Positions 1-9,853 of a stretch of DNA of 64,000 nucleotides are shown one piece after another (the first letter of the stretch is position 1; each line of letters starts with the position of its first letter). The DNA comes from an uncultured Clostridia bacterium (GTDB lineage: Bacteria; Bacillota; Clostridia; Christensenellales; UBA1242): contig CALWDY010000027.1 in NCBI GenBank assembly GCA_944376825.1, forward strand, positions 29,583-93,582. The letters are read 5' to 3'. A model generated the notes under the pieces. That model did no database searches. It was not told where the DNA came from and saw only the letters and a list, made by a program, of their open reading frames with translations. Position numbers and translations under genes: made by a program.

Positions 1-204
1 AAGTTGCAATTTTTGTGGTGCTCGCATTTGCTCTAAGTGCATGTTCATTACTGCTCATTAAAATTCTATTAGAATTTGCCTCTATTACAACCATGGACTT
101 TGCAGTGTTTTGTGCTAAAACAATATCATGTTTATTTCCATAAAACATTAAACAACTTGAAAAGACTGCAATGAATAATAAAACCAAATATTTAATCTTT
201 TTCA
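1..204 (-). CDS. D-alanyl-D-alanine carboxypeptidase (S11 serine type), N-terminal 68 codons only; the gene runs off the left edge
   Basis: Not in the ORF track because it is short. A minus-strand ATG at 204 reads MKKIKYLVLLFIAVFSSCLMFYGNKHDIVLAQNTAKSMVVIEANSNRILMSSNEHALRANASTTKIAT. This is a signal-peptide-like N-terminus followed by an S-T-T-K (SxxK) active-site box in PBP5-like context. The frame is open to position 1. Confidence 0.6.
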
Positions 205-590
205 TAATTTTCTTCCTTATTTTTGTTGTTAATTTTTGAAATAAGAGTATTTGCCAAGTTTAATATTGTTTGATATGCCGTTTTGTTTTCGATGTCAATA
301 AATTTTATTTCACTTTCTGTTTCCACAATAAAACCTACTGGCGAAACGCTGACACCGCCTCCACTTCCGCCTGCAAGTGGGTATGGTAACTTTTTAGCAA
401 CTGAATTATATTCTCCCGCTCCCACAACATATCCAACAGAAACTTTGCTAATTGGTATTATGATACTACCACTAGGGCTTAAAATAGGATTGCCAATAAT
501 TGTATTTGTTTCTGCCAATTGCCTAATTTGTGATATAGAAGAATTAACAAGATTTTCAAGATATTTTTGATTTTCTGGCATCTCTTTCAT
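192..590 (-). CDS. ytfJ: Sporulation protein YtfJ (GerW family)
   Basis: 132 aa. The GNPILSPSGSIIIPISKVSVGYVVGAGEY...GGSGGGVSVSPVGFIV pattern is typical of YtfJ/GerW. It lies directly downstream of a DUF2953 (YtfI-like) gene, as in Bacillus. Confidence 0.85.
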   Translation of the reverse strand: MKEMPENQKYLENLVNSSISQIRQLAETNTIIGNPILSPSGSIIIPISKVSVGYVVGAGEYNSVAKKLPYPLAGGSGGGVSVSPVGFIVETESEIKFIDIENKTAYQTILNLANTLISKINNKNKEENYEKD

Positions 591-1134
591 ATTTTTTACT
601 CCTTAAACTAAATAATGAAATAACAATACTATACAATAGGTCGAATAGTGTTATAGAAAAACTTGCATACAAACTAAACAGCATGATATCTTTATTGAAA
701 CATGGACTAATATTATTTTCCATAGAACAAGTTGGTTTTTTGTTTTTTATATAACAAAATATTATTTCAATAAATGTTATGAGTGTTGAACATGCCATTG
801 CTGTTTTGTATGCATCAACTAAACCAACCTTTCCATATATGCAAATTTTTTTTATTTGCGTTTTACTTTTTAAATTGTTTGTTAATTGTTCAACAAAATA
901 AATTTGTTTTATAGATAAGGAAAATTCTATTTCTTTTTTATGTTTTTTTGTTGTTACAATTATTGACTTATCCTTTGGAAAAATTTTAAAAAGAACAAGT
1001 TTAAGTTTCCACAAAAAAATTGAAACATAAACCATTTCATTTTGTGCGTTAAAACACAACTTTATTTTTATATTTAAAGGGATAACAAGTGCAACAATAA
1101 AAAATAGTGGCAATAGAAAATATAAACTTTCCAT
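556..1134 (-). CDS. YtfI-like sporulation membrane protein (DUF2953)
   Basis: 192 aa with an N-terminal TM segment. It is paired with and overlaps ytfJ, which is the ytfI-ytfJ arrangement. Confidence 0.55.
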   Translation of the reverse strand: MESLYFLLPLFFIVALVIPLNIKIKLCFNAQNEMVYVSIFLWKLKLVLFKIFPKDKSIIVTTKKHKKEIEFSLSIKQIYFVEQLTNNLKSKTQIKKICIYGKVGLVDAYKTAMACSTLITFIEIIFCYIKNKKPTCSMENNISPCFNKDIMLFSLYASFSITLFDLLYSIVISLFSLRSKKYERDARKSKIS

Positions 1135-1172
1135 GTCACTATTGTTTGTTTATTTTTAATTTTTATGCAACT

Positions 1173-1922
1173 TTAAATGGCTGTTCCTTCATTTTGTTTT
1201 TGAGTAAAGTCCATTTTTTGAATGTTATTTTGTTTCAAAATCTCATCAATATGATCTAACATTTCTTTGTCATCTGCTTTAATTTGTTTTAAATCTTTTT
1301 CATCCTTTAAAAATTCAGGAATTTCTTCTTCTTGTGGAACTTCGTAATCTCTATATAGTCCATCACTTGCAAGTTGGTTATCGTAAGTTTCGCTTTTGAT
1401 AACCTCAATTCTTTCAAGCAAACTTTCATAATCTGGCAATTCATCAATATTCTTCAAATTAAATCTTTTTAAAAACTCATCCGTTGTTCCAAAAAGATAA
1501 GGTTTGCCAACGGCATCTTTTCTTCCTACAACCTCAATTAATTTATTATCCAATAAAACCTGAATAGCATAATCTGCCGAATTTATTTTTCTTATTTCTT
1601 CTATTTCTAATTTTGTTATTGGCTGTTTATAGGCAATGATAGCAATTGTTTCAAGTGCAGCTTTTGTTAGAGCTTTTTCTCGTATTGGATTAAGGACAGT
1701 AGAAATTTGTTCTGCATATAAAGGATTTGAGCACAACTGAATTTTATTTTTATATTCAATAAGTTTTATTCCACTAAAATCATCATAATCTTTTTTAATC
1801 TCATCTATTGTTTTATTAAATGTTTTTTTGTCTATTTCAAGTTTTTCCATTATTGTATCAATTTCGACCCCATCACCTGAAATAAATAAAATTGCTTTAA
1901 TAATCTCCTTCAAGTTGTTCAT
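1173..1922 (-). CDS. scpB: Segregation and condensation protein B
   Basis: The N-terminus IIKAILFISGDGV...LNPIREKALTKAALETIAIIAYKQPITKLEIEEIR is the ScpB winged-helix signature. It overlaps scpA. Confidence 0.9.
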   Translation of the reverse strand: MNNLKEIIKAILFISGDGVEIDTIMEKLEIDKKTFNKTIDEIKKDYDDFSGIKLIEYKNKIQLCSNPLYAEQISTVLNPIREKALTKAALETIAIIAYKQPITKLEIEEIRKINSADYAIQVLLDNKLIEVVGRKDAVGKPYLFGTTDEFLKRFNLKNIDELPDYESLLERIEVIKSETYDNQLASDGLYRDYEVPQEEEIPEFLKDEKDLKQIKADDKEMLDHIDEILKQNNIQKMDFTQKQNEGTAI

Positions 1923-2697
1923 TAATCTCTATCTCCTTATCTATTCCTTCTTCATTTGAAATAATGTCTATTTCTCCAAAAATTGCACTTTGTTGTGCTT
2001 TTAAAATCTGCATTTTTAACAATTCTAAAAGCGCCAAAAATGTGTTAATAAGTTCACTTTTTGTTAAGTCATCATCAAATAAATCACTAAATTTAATCAT
2101 TTTTTTGTCTTTAACTTCGTTTTTTATAGATATAATTTTTTCTGCAACGGTAAATCTATCTTTTACAATTTGTTTTGCTTCTTGCTCCACAATTTTTTTG
2201 GGTGCAGTTGCCATCATTATTGCAAAAGCGTTAAGCATGCTGTCTAATACCATATCCTTTAAAACTATCTTAACATTATTTGCCATTTTATCAGGTTTTT
2301 TATACAACTTGTCTAAATCTTCAATATTTGCCAATTTTTCACTTGCTTCTCTAAATAGTTTAAGCTCTTTTAATCTAGACAATAAATTTACTTCTGGATC
2401 ATCGTCAATTTGTTCTTCTTCTACATCTGGTGGAAGAAGCGTTCTTGATTTAATTTCAATTAGTTGTGCTGCAATTTCAATAAATTCACTTGCATTTTCC
2501 ATATCCAACTTTTCTATTCCAGAAATGTATTCTAAATATTGCTCTGTCAAGTCTGCAAGTTTTAAAGTTTCAATATCCATTTTATTATCTTTAATAATTT
2601 GCAACAATAAATCGAGTGGTCCCTCAAAGTTTTCAAGTTTTACTTTGTATATTTTTGTACTATCAACATTTTGTTCTTGATTTAAAACCTCTTCCAT
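1897..2697 (-). CDS. scpA: Segregation and condensation protein A (kleisin)
   Basis: KVKLENFEGPLDLLLQIIKDNKMDI is the conserved ScpA N-terminus. The likely start is the ATG at 2697 (MEEVLNQ), which overlaps the upstream stop as TAATG. The ORF track extends the ORF to 2721. Confidence 0.9.
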   Translation of the reverse strand: MEEVLNQEQNVDSTKIYKVKLENFEGPLDLLLQIIKDNKMDIETLKLADLTEQYLEYISGIEKLDMENASEFIEIAAQLIEIKSRTLLPPDVEEEQIDDDPEVNLLSRLKELKLFREASEKLANIEDLDKLYKKPDKMANNVKIVLKDMVLDSMLNAFAIMMATAPKKIVEQEAKQIVKDRFTVAEKIISIKNEVKDKKMIKFSDLFDDDLTKSELINTFLALLELLKMQILKAQQSAIFGEIDIISNEEGIDKEIEINEQLEGDY

Positions 2698-3362
2698 TAA
2701 ACAAACAACCCCCAAAACCAAAAAAAGACATTAATAAGACCACTTGTTACATAAGAAAATACAATATCAAATATAGGAGTAATTAAGAATATTAACAAAA
2801 TTATAGTTCCATATCTTTGCATAAATTGTATAAATCTATTGCCGGACGGAGTTATTGCTTTTATAAAATTAAAACCGTCAAGCGGAAAAATTGGAATAAG
2901 GTTAAAAACAAACAAAGATAAATTTAAAATTATCATGTAAAATAAAAAGTAATACAAAAATATTAAAAACAAGTTTGTGGATGACAAAAGAAATTGCCCA
3001 ACAAAAAAATATATGCCACTAAAAATAAAAGCCAAAACCAAATTTGCAGTAACACCTGCTAATGAAACTAAAACTAATCCTTTTCTGTAATGCTTAAAAT
3101 GCAGTGGATTTATTTCTACTGGTTTCGCCCAGCCAAATCCAAAAAAGAACAAACATAAAAAACCAAGTGGATCAATATGTTTAAAAGGATTTAAAGTTAA
3201 TCTTCCAAGTGCTTTTGCAGTAGGATCACCCATTTTATATGCAACATATGCATGAGAAAATTCATGTGAGCAAAATGCCAACATGAGTGCTAATACATAC
3301 GCAACAACCACTGCTAATATTTCAATAAAAGGTAAATTTGACCCAATTAAATCATAAATCAT
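2697..3362 (-). CDS. Site-2 protease family (M50) membrane metalloprotease
   Basis: HEFSHAYVA (HExxH) sits in a TM helix. The protein is polytopic and has a later FPLDG motif. Confidence 0.8.
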   Translation of the reverse strand: MIYDLIGSNLPFIEILAVVVAYVLALMLAFCSHEFSHAYVAYKMGDPTAKALGRLTLNPFKHIDPLGFLCLFFFGFGWAKPVEINPLHFKHYRKGLVLVSLAGVTANLVLAFIFSGIYFFVGQFLLSSTNLFLIFLYYFLFYMIILNLSLFVFNLIPIFPLDGFNFIKAITPSGNRFIQFMQRYGTIILLIFLITPIFDIVFSYVTSGLINVFFWFWGLFV

Positions 3363-3413
3363 ACCACTAATTATACATTATTAAACCTATTATTGCAAGA
3401 GATAATAAAAGAT

Positions 3414-3441
3414 AAAAAAAGAAAGGTCGCCCTTTCTTTTT
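3414..3441 (-). terminator. Rho-independent terminator after the carboxypeptidase gene
   Basis: The minus strand reads GAAAGG-GCGA-CCTTTC followed by a T7 run. Confidence 0.6.
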
Positions 3442-3454
3442 CAATTTCGCTTTT

Positions 3455-4621
3455 TCACCAATTTTCAGCAATTATTTTTATTGAATCGTAATATCCTATT
3501 TTTTGAATATCATCTTTTACAATTAAGTCAATTTCTTTAACAACATTTCCATCTTTTGTAATAGTCAAAGTCCCCACCTTTTCACCGCTAACAAGTGGTG
3601 CTTTTAACTTGTTGTTTATTGTGTAAGAAATATCGTAACCAGTATTCGAACCTTTTTTACAAAGTCCATAATAACTTTCCTTTGCATAAATGTTTGCAAC
3701 TTTGCATTTTGATTGCAAAATTTCATAATTTTCTAATATTGGAACATTACAATCTAAAACATTTTTGTTCTCGTAATTTGCAAAGCCATAATTAAATAAT
3801 TCTATAACACCATTAAATCTTTCTTGTCCCGTTTTTGAACCAACAACAACGGCAATAAGTCTAAAATTATTTTTTTCAGCAGATGCTGTTAAACAATATC
3901 CTGCCTCCGATGTTGAACCTGTTTTTCCGCTATCGCAACCCTTGTAATATCTAACAAGTTTGTTTGTGTTAACAAGTTCTGTTTCTCTTCCAGAAGGATG
4001 TGTTAATTTATCCATCCATACATAACTTACAGTATGGTAATGGTCATGCTTTAACAATTCTTTCAACAATATTGCACAATCGTAAGCACATGAATATTGT
4101 TCCGGGGCTGGAAGTCCTGTGCAATTTGCATATAAAGTATTATCCATCTTTAAAGACTTTGCCCTGTCGTTCATTTTTTGCACAAAAGCACTTTCACTGC
4201 CTGCAATATATTCGGCAAGTGCCACACTAGCATCATTTGCTGACATCATTATAACACTTTTAATTAAATCTTCGGCTTTATATTCAACATACGGATCAAT
4301 AAAAACTTGCGACCCACCCATTTTTGAAGCATTTTCAGTTGTTGTTATCATTGTGTCAAGCGTTAAACTTCCGTTATCTATCGCTTCGTAAGTTAAAAGT
4401 AATGTCATAATTTTTACCATGCTAGCAACGGGCAATCTAGTTTTTGAATTGTTTTCATAAATTATTGTGTTTGTATTGTAATCCATCAAAAGTGATGATT
4501 TTGAATTTATTTCCAGTACATCACTCTCTGCATACAATATGGCATTTGTTTTCATAGCACCACCACATATTGGCAGTGCAACTAAACATAGCACACAAAA
4601 TATTGCAAATATTTTTTTCAT
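3455..4621 (-). CDS. D-alanyl-D-alanine carboxypeptidase (S11; DacB/DacF-like)
   Basis: Signal peptide plus all three PBP5 boxes: SMVKIM (SxxK), SAND (SxN) and KTGST (KTG). Confidence 0.9.
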   Translation of the reverse strand: MKKIFAIFCVLCLVALPICGGAMKTNAILYAESDVLEINSKSSLLMDYNTNTIIYENNSKTRLPVASMVKIMTLLLTYEAIDNGSLTLDTMITTTENASKMGGSQVFIDPYVEYKAEDLIKSVIMMSANDASVALAEYIAGSESAFVQKMNDRAKSLKMDNTLYANCTGLPAPEQYSCAYDCAILLKELLKHDHYHTVSYVWMDKLTHPSGRETELVNTNKLVRYYKGCDSGKTGSTSEAGYCLTASAEKNNFRLIAVVVGSKTGQERFNGVIELFNYGFANYENKNVLDCNVPILENYEILQSKCKVANIYAKESYYGLCKKGSNTGYDISYTINNKLKAPLVSGEKVGTLTITKDGNVVKEIDLIVKDDIQKIGYYDSIKIIAENW

Positions 4622-4670
4622 AATAAAAACTACTCCTTTTATAGAAGTAGTTTTTTCAAATTTATTTTTT

Positions 4671-5459
4671 TTATTCTTTTATTAAATTATAAAGTATAGT
4701 TTTAATTTTATTACATGCTTTTTTAGCATTTGTTAAAACTTCTTCATGTGTTAAATTTTCCTTTGCCCCATCAAAAACATTCACAACACTTGCAATTGCA
4801 CAAACTTTAAATTTAAAATAGTTAGATATAATGCAATCAAAAACCGTACTCATCGAAACAGTATCCGCCCCAAAATTCCTTAGCATATCAACTTCTGCCA
4901 TGGTTTCATAACTTGGTCCCAACAATTGAGTGTGAATTCCCTGTCTAACGCTTATATCATTTTTTTCAGCGATTTTTTTCATTTTGTTAAATAATTCTTC
5001 ATCATAAGCGTTTGTCATAGAGATAAACTCTAATGGCTCAACTGCAACCAATGGATTTTGACCTGTAAAATTTATATGGTCTTTAATAAGCATAATATCA
5101 CCAACATTAAAAGTTTTATTTATTCCACCACAAGAAGTTAAAAGTATTATATTTTTTGTTTTTAGCAAACTTAAAATTTTAAACGGCAAAATAACATTTT
5201 TCATATTGCCACTTTCGTAATAATGAAGTCTTGAAACAAGCACTACATTTTTGTTGTTTATTTTTCCAAAAACAAATTTACCGCTATGCCCCTTTACTTT
5301 TGATTTTGGCATTTTTAAATTTTTATACTCTACAATTTTGACATCTTCTAAGCTTGGTATAGCTTCCATAAGCCCACTTCCAACAACAATCGCATAATCA
5401 ACATCGTTAATATTGTATTTGTTTTTTAATATTCTAACAATTTTATCTACATTAATCAT
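4671..5459 (-). CDS. punA: Purine nucleoside phosphorylase (PNP family I, inosine/guanosine type)
   Basis: 262 aa. The motifs GSGL...GHSGKFVFG...SRLHYYE...GPSYET..E are diagnostic of PunA-type PNP. Confidence 0.85.
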   Translation of the reverse strand: MINVDKIVRILKNKYNINDVDYAIVVGSGLMEAIPSLEDVKIVEYKNLKMPKSKVKGHSGKFVFGKINNKNVVLVSRLHYYESGNMKNVILPFKILSLLKTKNIILLTSCGGINKTFNVGDIMLIKDHINFTGQNPLVAVEPLEFISMTNAYDEELFNKMKKIAEKNDISVRQGIHTQLLGPSYETMAEVDMLRNFGADTVSMSTVFDCIISNYFKFKVCAIASVVNVFDGAKENLTHEEVLTNAKKACNKIKTILYNLIKE

Positions 5460-5504
5460 AATTCACCCTAATCATTTTTACAATAACAGAATAATATTGT
5501 CAAC

Positions 5505-6128
5505 TTATATAACCAATATAACATTACTTCTAAAAATAAATAACAAAAAGGTTTCAACGAGATTAATTAAAGTTAGTACAAGCGTTGCAATTAAAAAAGG
5601 ATATAATATGTTTGAAAATTTTTTACATTTTAAATATTTGTTTATTCTAATTTGTTTACACATAAAAACAAAAAAGGCAATTAAAACAATTAGCATTAAA
5701 ATTTGACATGGTAGAATTATTAACAATGATTTTATTATTCCATTAAAACTAAAAACCAAAATAATCATAATGCAATTTATAGATATTAAAAATGCTCTAT
5801 AAGCAAGAAGACACCAGCCGAATAAATACATAATTGGATTTAGTGAAAAAACAAATAAAAGAACCAAAACAATTTCATAAGAAATTAATCTTCCAAAAAA
5901 ATTTTGTGAAAATTTTTCTAAATCTTCAAGTTGATAAGTTAAATTAAAGTCTTCAAACACATCGCTATCGCCTAAATTGTATAATTTTATTGCCGTAAAT
6001 ATTCCCGTTAATAAACCAACTAAACAAAACAATAGGCAAATAATTAGTTTGTATCTATTTTGTGTAAAAAACTCAGTTGCTGTATATCTTAAAGAATATA
6101 AATTTTGTGTTATTCTTTTTGATTTCAT
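5505..6128 (-). CDS. spoIIM: Stage II sporulation protein M-like polytopic membrane protein
   Basis: 207 aa with about 5 TM segments. Its size and topology resemble SpoIIM (DUF95), and it is adjacent to spoIVB. Confidence 0.5.
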   Translation of the reverse strand: MKSKRITQNLYSLRYTATEFFTQNRYKLIICLLFCLVGLLTGIFTAIKLYNLGDSDVFEDFNLTYQLEDLEKFSQNFFGRLISYEIVLVLLFVFSLNPIMYLFGWCLLAYRAFLISINCIMIILVFSFNGIIKSLLIILPCQILMLIVLIAFFVFMCKQIRINKYLKCKKFSNILYPFLIATLVLTLINLVETFLLFIFRSNVILVI

Positions 6129-6163
6129 ATTATATAGTTATTCACAAAAAAATCAAATATTCG

Positions 6164-7378
6164 TCAAGAAACCTCATTTAGCATCCAATCACTATAAACC
6201 CCATAACCTTTTGTAGGATCATACAAGAAAACATGAGTAACTGCACCTATAAGTTTGCCATCTTGAACAATTGGAGAACCACTCATTCCCTGTACAATGC
6301 CACCAGTTAAATCCAATAATCTTTTGTCCTTTACTCTAAATATAAAACTTTTATCAGATGTTGAATGTTGATTATATGTTTTGATAATTTCTATATCATA
6401 TTCTTCCCTAATGCCACTAACTGAACTAATTATTTTCGCATTTCCAACTCTAACCAAAAGTCTTGAAGCAATAGGACAAGATAGATTTTTATCTATTATG
6501 TTTTCATTGTTTGTAATTTCTCCAAACACACCACAATCTGTGTTTTTTTCAATGTTACCATTTGACATTGAACCCTGAACAAACAGACACCTAAGTTCAC
6601 CAGCCTTGCCTTTTGTTCCTTTTGTAATGCCAAGCATGGTGCAAGGATAGATGTTGCCATCATTTACAGGTATCTCTACCCCAGTTTCAAAGTCTGTTAT
6701 AGAATGTCCCAATGCTCCAAATTCATTGTCTTCGGTTACAAAAGTCAATGTTCCTATGCCTTGTGCATCATTTCTTATCCATATACCCAATTTATATTCA
6801 TTTGTTTGTGAATCTAGTATTGGCGTTAAAGTTGTTGTTTGTTCTTTGTCATTCCTGATATAAGTAACATTAACATCATTACCGTTACTTTCTTTTAATT
6901 GCTTTTTTATATCATCTACATTAAAAATGTTTACCCCATTAATTTTTGTAACAATGTCTCCACTATTTAATTTTGTTTTGTTGTTTTGATTTGAAGTTGA
7001 AACAACGCTATTTGTTCCAACCACAATGACACCTTTTGTTGTAACACTAAACCCTAGCGGAACTCCGCCAAGGTAAACTGATTTATCATCACAAACAACA
7101 ACTGTTGTTTTTTTGATTGGAATAAAACCAAATAGTTTTATAACTAGAGAAGTTTTCTTTTCCTTTACTCCTCCCGTTGTCCAAATATCCTCTGTGAGTT
7201 TTGTTTCAACAAAATCTCCAAGTAAATTGTTTTGGTTCAATTGTTCTAAATTTGAAAGAGTTATAGGCGTGTTTTCATTTAAAGAATATATTGTTTTAAA
7301 ATCAACATTTTGCAAGGTAACAACAAAACAACTTGCAAATACAACACCCAATATTTTTAATATAACTTTTTTAAACAT
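6164..7378 (-). CDS. spoIVB: SpoIVB signalling serine peptidase (S55)
   Basis: N-terminal TM segment, a PDZ-like segment (GDIVTKINGVNI), and the catalytic GTLTFV..GALGH and GMSGSPIV motifs. It lies directly downstream of recN, as in Bacillus subtilis. Confidence 0.9.
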   Translation of the reverse strand: MFKKVILKILGVVFASCFVVTLQNVDFKTIYSLNENTPITLSNLEQLNQNNLLGDFVETKLTEDIWTTGGVKEKKTSLVIKLFGFIPIKKTTVVVCDDKSVYLGGVPLGFSVTTKGVIVVGTNSVVSTSNQNNKTKLNSGDIVTKINGVNIFNVDDIKKQLKESNGNDVNVTYIRNDKEQTTTLTPILDSQTNEYKLGIWIRNDAQGIGTLTFVTEDNEFGALGHSITDFETGVEIPVNDGNIYPCTMLGITKGTKGKAGELRCLFVQGSMSNGNIEKNTDCGVFGEITNNENIIDKNLSCPIASRLLVRVGNAKIISSVSGIREEYDIEIIKTYNQHSTSDKSFIFRVKDKRLLDLTGGIVQGMSGSPIVQDGKLIGAVTHVFLYDPTKGYGVYSDWMLNEVS

Positions 7379-7426
7379 AAAAAAACCACCTTATTAAATC
7401 CATAAAGTAGTTTACTTTTTTTTTAG

Positions 7427-9109
7427 TTAATTATTCAAAGATTGTTTATAGTCATTTGACATATTTAGAAGTTCTTTTGAGTGCATAAGAGCAATTTCGC
7501 TTGATTTGCTTCCAAATAAAGTTGCCAAATATTTTAATAATTCGTTTTCATTTAAATATTTTGCAACACTCTTAGTTTGATTGTTTTCAACTGTTTTGCT
7601 TATATATATGTGTTTGTCTGCAAGTGCGGTAACTTGTGCAAGATGAGTTATACATATAATTTGATATCTTTTAGAAAGCATTGCTAATTTTTGACCAACT
7701 TTATATCCTATCTCTCCACTTACTCCTGCATCCACCTCATCAAAAACTAAAACTGATACATCGTTTGCATTAGCAAAAACATTTTTAATTGCAAGCATAA
7801 ATCTGCTCATCTCTCCGCCGGAAATTGTTTTTGCCAAACTTTTTTGTTCTTCGCCAACATTGGCAGAAAACAAAAATTCCACTTCGTCAATTCCATTATT
7901 GGTAAAGTCACATTCATTTTCTTGTTTTAAGTTTTTAAAACTAATTTTAAATTGTGTGTTTTCCATGCCAAGAGAAAAAAGTTCATTTTTAACTTTTTGT
8001 TCTACTTCTTCACTTAACTCTAATCTTAAATTGTGAAGTTTTAGGCACTCGTTGTATAATTTATGTTTAATTTCATTTTGATTGGTTATTAGTTTTTTTA
8101 ATATAGCTTCACTGTTTATGATGTCGTCATATTCTTTTTTTATTTTGTTCAAATAAATTTCAATATCTTCAAGAGAAGAGCCATATTTTTTCTTTAATGA
8201 TTTAATTTGATCTTTCCTTTCACTTATACTGTCAAGTTCTGTTTCCGAGAAAGACATGTTAGATAAATACTCTTTTATCGATGCACATATATCTTCTATT
8301 TCAATTATACATCCGTTTAACCTTTCGTTATATTGAAACAGTTTGCCATCATATTCTTTTGCAATGTTTAAATTGGACAAAGCATTGTTTAACTCATTGT
8401 TTTTTAAAGAATTATAACATTGATTTAGGGATGTTGAAATTTTTTCGTAATTTGAAAGTGCTTTTATTTTTTCTTCCAAAACAACATCTTCATTTTTTTC
8501 TAATTTTGCATTTTCTATTTCTTTAATTTGATAAGAAAGCAAATCCAATGTTCTCTCTCTATCTTCACCATGCCCGCCTATTTTTTCAATTTCCTTGTTT
8601 ATGTCTTTATATGATTGCAAAAGATTTGCTATGTTTTCTTTTGTTTTTTCAAGCAAGTTTGGTTTATACGAATCTAACAACTTGATATGATTTTTTACAT
8701 TTAAAATGCTAACGCTTTCATTTTGTCCATAAAAATCTAAAATTAAAGCTCCTATTTGTTTTAACATAGAAACAGTAACAGGTTCTCCATTTAACAAGCA
8801 AAAAGACTTTCCCTCAATATTAAAACTTCTAGAAACAATCAGCATGTCTTCACATTCAATTTCAAATTCATTTAACTTTTCAATTACCTTTTCCCCAATA
8901 TTTTCAAATATTGCTTTTACAACTAGTTCAGTTGCTCCGTGTCTTATATTGTCTTTTGACGGTTTATCTCCAAGAACAAAATTTAATGCATCTAATATAA
9001 TACTTTTACCCGCTCCCGTTTCTCCAACCAAAACATTAAAGCCTAAGTGAAAACTTAGACTTGTATTTTCAATAATCGCAAAATTTTTTATGGTTAATGT
9101 TTTTAACAT
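7427..9109 (-). CDS. recN: DNA repair protein RecN
   Basis: Walker A GETGAGKS, long coiled coils, an SGGE signature and a C-terminal Walker B VLVFDEVDAG. Confidence 0.95.
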   Translation of the reverse strand: MLKTLTIKNFAIIENTSLSFHLGFNVLVGETGAGKSIILDALNFVLGDKPSKDNIRHGATELVVKAIFENIGEKVIEKLNEFEIECEDMLIVSRSFNIEGKSFCLLNGEPVTVSMLKQIGALILDFYGQNESVSILNVKNHIKLLDSYKPNLLEKTKENIANLLQSYKDINKEIEKIGGHGEDRERTLDLLSYQIKEIENAKLEKNEDVVLEEKIKALSNYEKISTSLNQCYNSLKNNELNNALSNLNIAKEYDGKLFQYNERLNGCIIEIEDICASIKEYLSNMSFSETELDSISERKDQIKSLKKKYGSSLEDIEIYLNKIKKEYDDIINSEAILKKLITNQNEIKHKLYNECLKLHNLRLELSEEVEQKVKNELFSLGMENTQFKISFKNLKQENECDFTNNGIDEVEFLFSANVGEEQKSLAKTISGGEMSRFMLAIKNVFANANDVSVLVFDEVDAGVSGEIGYKVGQKLAMLSKRYQIICITHLAQVTALADKHIYISKTVENNQTKSVAKYLNENELLKYLATLFGSKSSEIALMHSKELLNMSNDYKQSLNN

Positions 9110-9119
9110 TTTTATTCCT

Positions 9120-9572
9120 TTATCTTATTAATTGCTCCAAAGTTTGAGAAGTTGCTTGTGCCCCTTGATTATTAGGCAAGATTACCATAACTGTATCATC
9201 GCCATAAACAGAACCTAAAACATTTTCTAAATTTAACTTATCTATCATACAGCATATTCCGCATGCTAACCCTTTAACTGTTTTAATAACGCATAAATTG
9301 TTTGCAGGTTTAACAGATATAACAGACTCTCTAAAAATAGAAATGTTTTTGTTTGATACTGTTTGTTCTCCATTGTCCATCAAAGCATACTTATATTTAC
9401 CGTCGTTAGTTAAAATTTTAATAAGCCCAAGTTCTTTTATGTCCCTTGAAATAGTTGCTTGAGTTATATCAAAATTTGCTGCTTTTAAGCATGCAACCAA
9501 TTCATCTTGTGATGAAATTTCATGTGTTGATATTAATTCGAGTATTTTTGATTGTCTTGATGACCTTGCCAT
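9120..9572 (-). CDS. argR: Arginine repressor
   Basis: The N-terminal winged helix is RQSKILELI...QDELV..L...GFDITQATISRDIKEL and the C-terminal GDDTV oligomerisation motif is present. It lies upstream of recN, as ahrC-recN. Confidence 0.9.
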   Translation of the reverse strand: MARSSRQSKILELISTHEISSQDELVACLKAANFDITQATISRDIKELGLIKILTNDGKYKYALMDNGEQTVSNKNISIFRESVISVKPANNLCVIKTVKGLACGICCMIDKLNLENVLGSVYGDDTVMVILPNNQGAQATSQTLEQLIR

Positions 9573-9626
9573 TTTGCATTTCTCCTTAAAGGCTGGAACC
9601 CTTTGTTTATAAGGCTTTCAGCATGT

Positions 9627-9644
9627 TATGAATAAATATTCATG
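9627..9644 (-). promoter_or_regulatory. ARG-box-like operator in the argR leader
   Basis: The plus strand reads TATGAATAAATATTCATG, with palindromic arms TGAAT/ATTCA around an AT-rich core. This is close to the ARG box consensus TNTGAATWWWWATTCANW. A half-degenerate copy (TGCATACTTATTCA) abuts it. Confidence 0.5.
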
Positions 9645-9670
9645 CATACTTATTCAACCGATTTGGAATT

Positions 9671-9699
9671 ATTATACAATGTAATTTATAATTATGCAA
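9671..9699 (-). promoter_or_regulatory. Sigma-A type promoter for argR-recN
   Basis: The minus strand reads TTGCAT, a 17-nt spacer, then TATAAT. The ARG box lies about 25-45 nt downstream of the -10. Confidence 0.5.
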
Positions 9700-9793
9700 G
9701 TGTTTTTTGTATAATTATTCATTGGTTTTTTTATGATTATTTATGTTTGTAAATTTTTATAAAAACATGTTTTATATTTATGCAATATAATAA

Positions 9794-9819
9794 TAAAAAA
9801 AATAGACACTTGCCTATTT
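9794..9819 (-). terminator. Weak AT-rich terminator after the OapA-like gene
   Basis: The minus strand reads AAATAG-GCAAGTGT-CTATTT followed by a T8 run. Confidence 0.4.
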
Positions 9820-9853
9820 CTTTTATGTTTACACTTTTTTAAATTTTGTTTGA

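Noticed and set aside
1964-2680. Long antisense ORFs opposite well-supported genes (for example 1964-2680, 9915-10529, 45034-45414, 49327-49734 and 59359-59790)
   Set aside because: They are S/F/I/L-rich low-complexity translations that mirror the codon bias of the genuine gene on the other strand. They have no RBS and no recognisable motifs.
4622-4670. Hairpin AAAACTACT...AGTAGTTTT overlapping the carboxypeptidase RBS, as a possible riboswitch or attenuator
   Set aside because: The region is too short (49 nt), AT-rich and has no conserved-looking core. It most simply serves as the terminator for punA.
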